Positions 62,501 through 64,000 of a DNA stretch of 64,000 nt are shown piece after piece. How positions within the stretch are numbered: the first letter of the stretch is position 1; each line of letters starts with the position of its first letter. Source of the stretch: Lama glama (lineage: Eukaryota); NCBI GenBank assembly GCA_028534125.1, contig CM052817.1, forward strand, positions 24,244,001-24,308,000, read 5' to 3'. A program made the position numbers and the translations under genes. The notes below the pieces were generated by a model. The model saw only the letters and a program-made list of their open reading frames with translations, did no database searches and was not told where the DNA came from.

Positions 62501-62569
62501 GTTGTACAAAGGTGAGAATATTCAGTGACTTAAATCAAATAGTTGTTTTAGAATCCTACTATGCTGGTG

Positions 62570-63069
62570 NNNNNNNNNNNNNNNNNNNNNNNNNNNNNNN
62601 NNNNNNNNNNNNNNNNNNNNNNNNNNNNNNNNNNNNNNNNNNNNNNNNNNNNNNNNNNNNNNNNNNNNNNNNNNNNNNNNNNNNNNNNNNNNNNNNNNNN
62701 NNNNNNNNNNNNNNNNNNNNNNNNNNNNNNNNNNNNNNNNNNNNNNNNNNNNNNNNNNNNNNNNNNNNNNNNNNNNNNNNNNNNNNNNNNNNNNNNNNNN
62801 NNNNNNNNNNNNNNNNNNNNNNNNNNNNNNNNNNNNNNNNNNNNNNNNNNNNNNNNNNNNNNNNNNNNNNNNNNNNNNNNNNNNNNNNNNNNNNNNNNNN
62901 NNNNNNNNNNNNNNNNNNNNNNNNNNNNNNNNNNNNNNNNNNNNNNNNNNNNNNNNNNNNNNNNNNNNNNNNNNNNNNNNNNNNNNNNNNNNNNNNNNNN
63001 NNNNNNNNNNNNNNNNNNNNNNNNNNNNNNNNNNNNNNNNNNNNNNNNNNNNNNNNNNNNNNNNNNNNN
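62570..63069. other. Assembly gap (500 N)
   Basis: Run of N. Confidence 1.
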
Positions 63070-63775
63070 AATGCAAAATTTTACAGCCACTTTGAAAGAT
63101 GGTTTGGTATGTGTTACAAAGTTAGACATAGTCTTACCATTTGATCTAGCAATCACACTTGTAGGTGTTTTCACAACTGAGTTGAAAATTTATGTACACA
63201 CAAAAACTTGCATACAAACATTTATAGCAACTTTATTTATAACCGCTCAAAACCGGAAACAATGAAAATGTCTTTCTTACTAGTAAATGGATAAACAAAT
63301 GGAATTTTATTCAGTTCTAAAAAGAAATGAGCTATCAAGCCATAAAAAGACATAAAGTAACATTAAATGTATATTGCTAAGTGAAAAAAGCTACAAATTT
63401 TGTGGTTCCAACTATATGACATTTTAGAAAATGCAAAACTGTAGAAATAGCAAAAGGATCAGTGATTGCCAGGGGTTCATTGGGCAGGGAAGAGAAAAGA
63501 AAAGATGAAGTATGGAGGACTTTTAAGGCAGTAAAAATATTATGTTTGACGCTGTAATATCAGATGACATGCATTTGTCAAATACCATAGAACTGTACAA
63601 TACAGAGTGAACCTTAAGACCATAGATTTTCGTTAATAACAGTGTATCAATAGTGATTCATTAATTGTAACAAATATACCACGATAATGTAAGATGTTAA
63701 TAATGGGGAAACTGTATGCAGGGAGGGGTATATGGGAATTCACTCTAATACTTGCTCAATTTTTCTGAAAATCAA
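63070..63775 (+). mobile_element. L1MC-type 3' end
   Basis: acagccactttg, gatctagcaatcacact, cacacaaaaac, aaaagaaatgagctatcaagcca and gatgttaataatggggaaactg. Confidence 0.9.
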
Positions 63776-63779
63776 ATAT

Positions 63780-64000
63780 AAAATAAGTGCTACAACTAAA
63801 ACTGACAAAAGTAAGTTACATCAATTACATAAGCAATTCCCAAAAGTAAAGATGAAAAACCAGAAAATTTAGTAGAAAAATAGGCAAAAGTTACAATTAC
63901 AGGCAATTCATAGAAGGCGAATGCCAGAAAACTAACAAATAATATAGAGGTGCCTAAATTTGCTAGTATTAAGAATAATGCAGATTAAAACAACAGTGAA
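63780..64000 (+). mobile_element. Old L1 ORF2 3' fragment, running off the window
   Basis: agtagaaaaataggcaaaag..acaggcaattcataga...aatgcagattaaaacaacagtga. Confidence 0.75.

Overview
AT-rich, CpG-poor eutherian mammal DNA, intergenic or deep intronic. I found no supportable protein-coding exon, RNA gene, CRISPR array or prokaryotic-type system. The only recognisable ORF-track peptides are decayed LINE-1 ORF2 fragments; the rest are repeat-derived or chance ORFs, or artefacts of three 500-N scaffold gaps. A large share of the window is interspersed repeat: MIR, L2, L3/CR1, old and lineage-specific L1, MaLR/ERVL/ERV1 LTRs and hAT-type MER DNA transposons. The young L1 3' ends and a MER41-like LTR suggest a cetartiodactyl, probably a camelid (inference); no Alu, B1/B2, Bov-tA/BovB or Can-SINE was recognised. 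Points worth a second look: two twin-primed (5'-inverted) L1 insertions, one with a possible 3' transduction; multilayer nested insertions; a MaLR internal remnant; a young LTR with a CCAAT array; an unexplained CpG-retaining 47-bp tandem duplication; a perfect 24-bp E-box palindrome; several repeat-free motif clusters that may be enhancers; and a 500-N gap that is probably only about 2 bp long. Family names come from recalled consensus motifs rather than a database search, and boundaries are approximate unless stated. I do not see a new biological system here.
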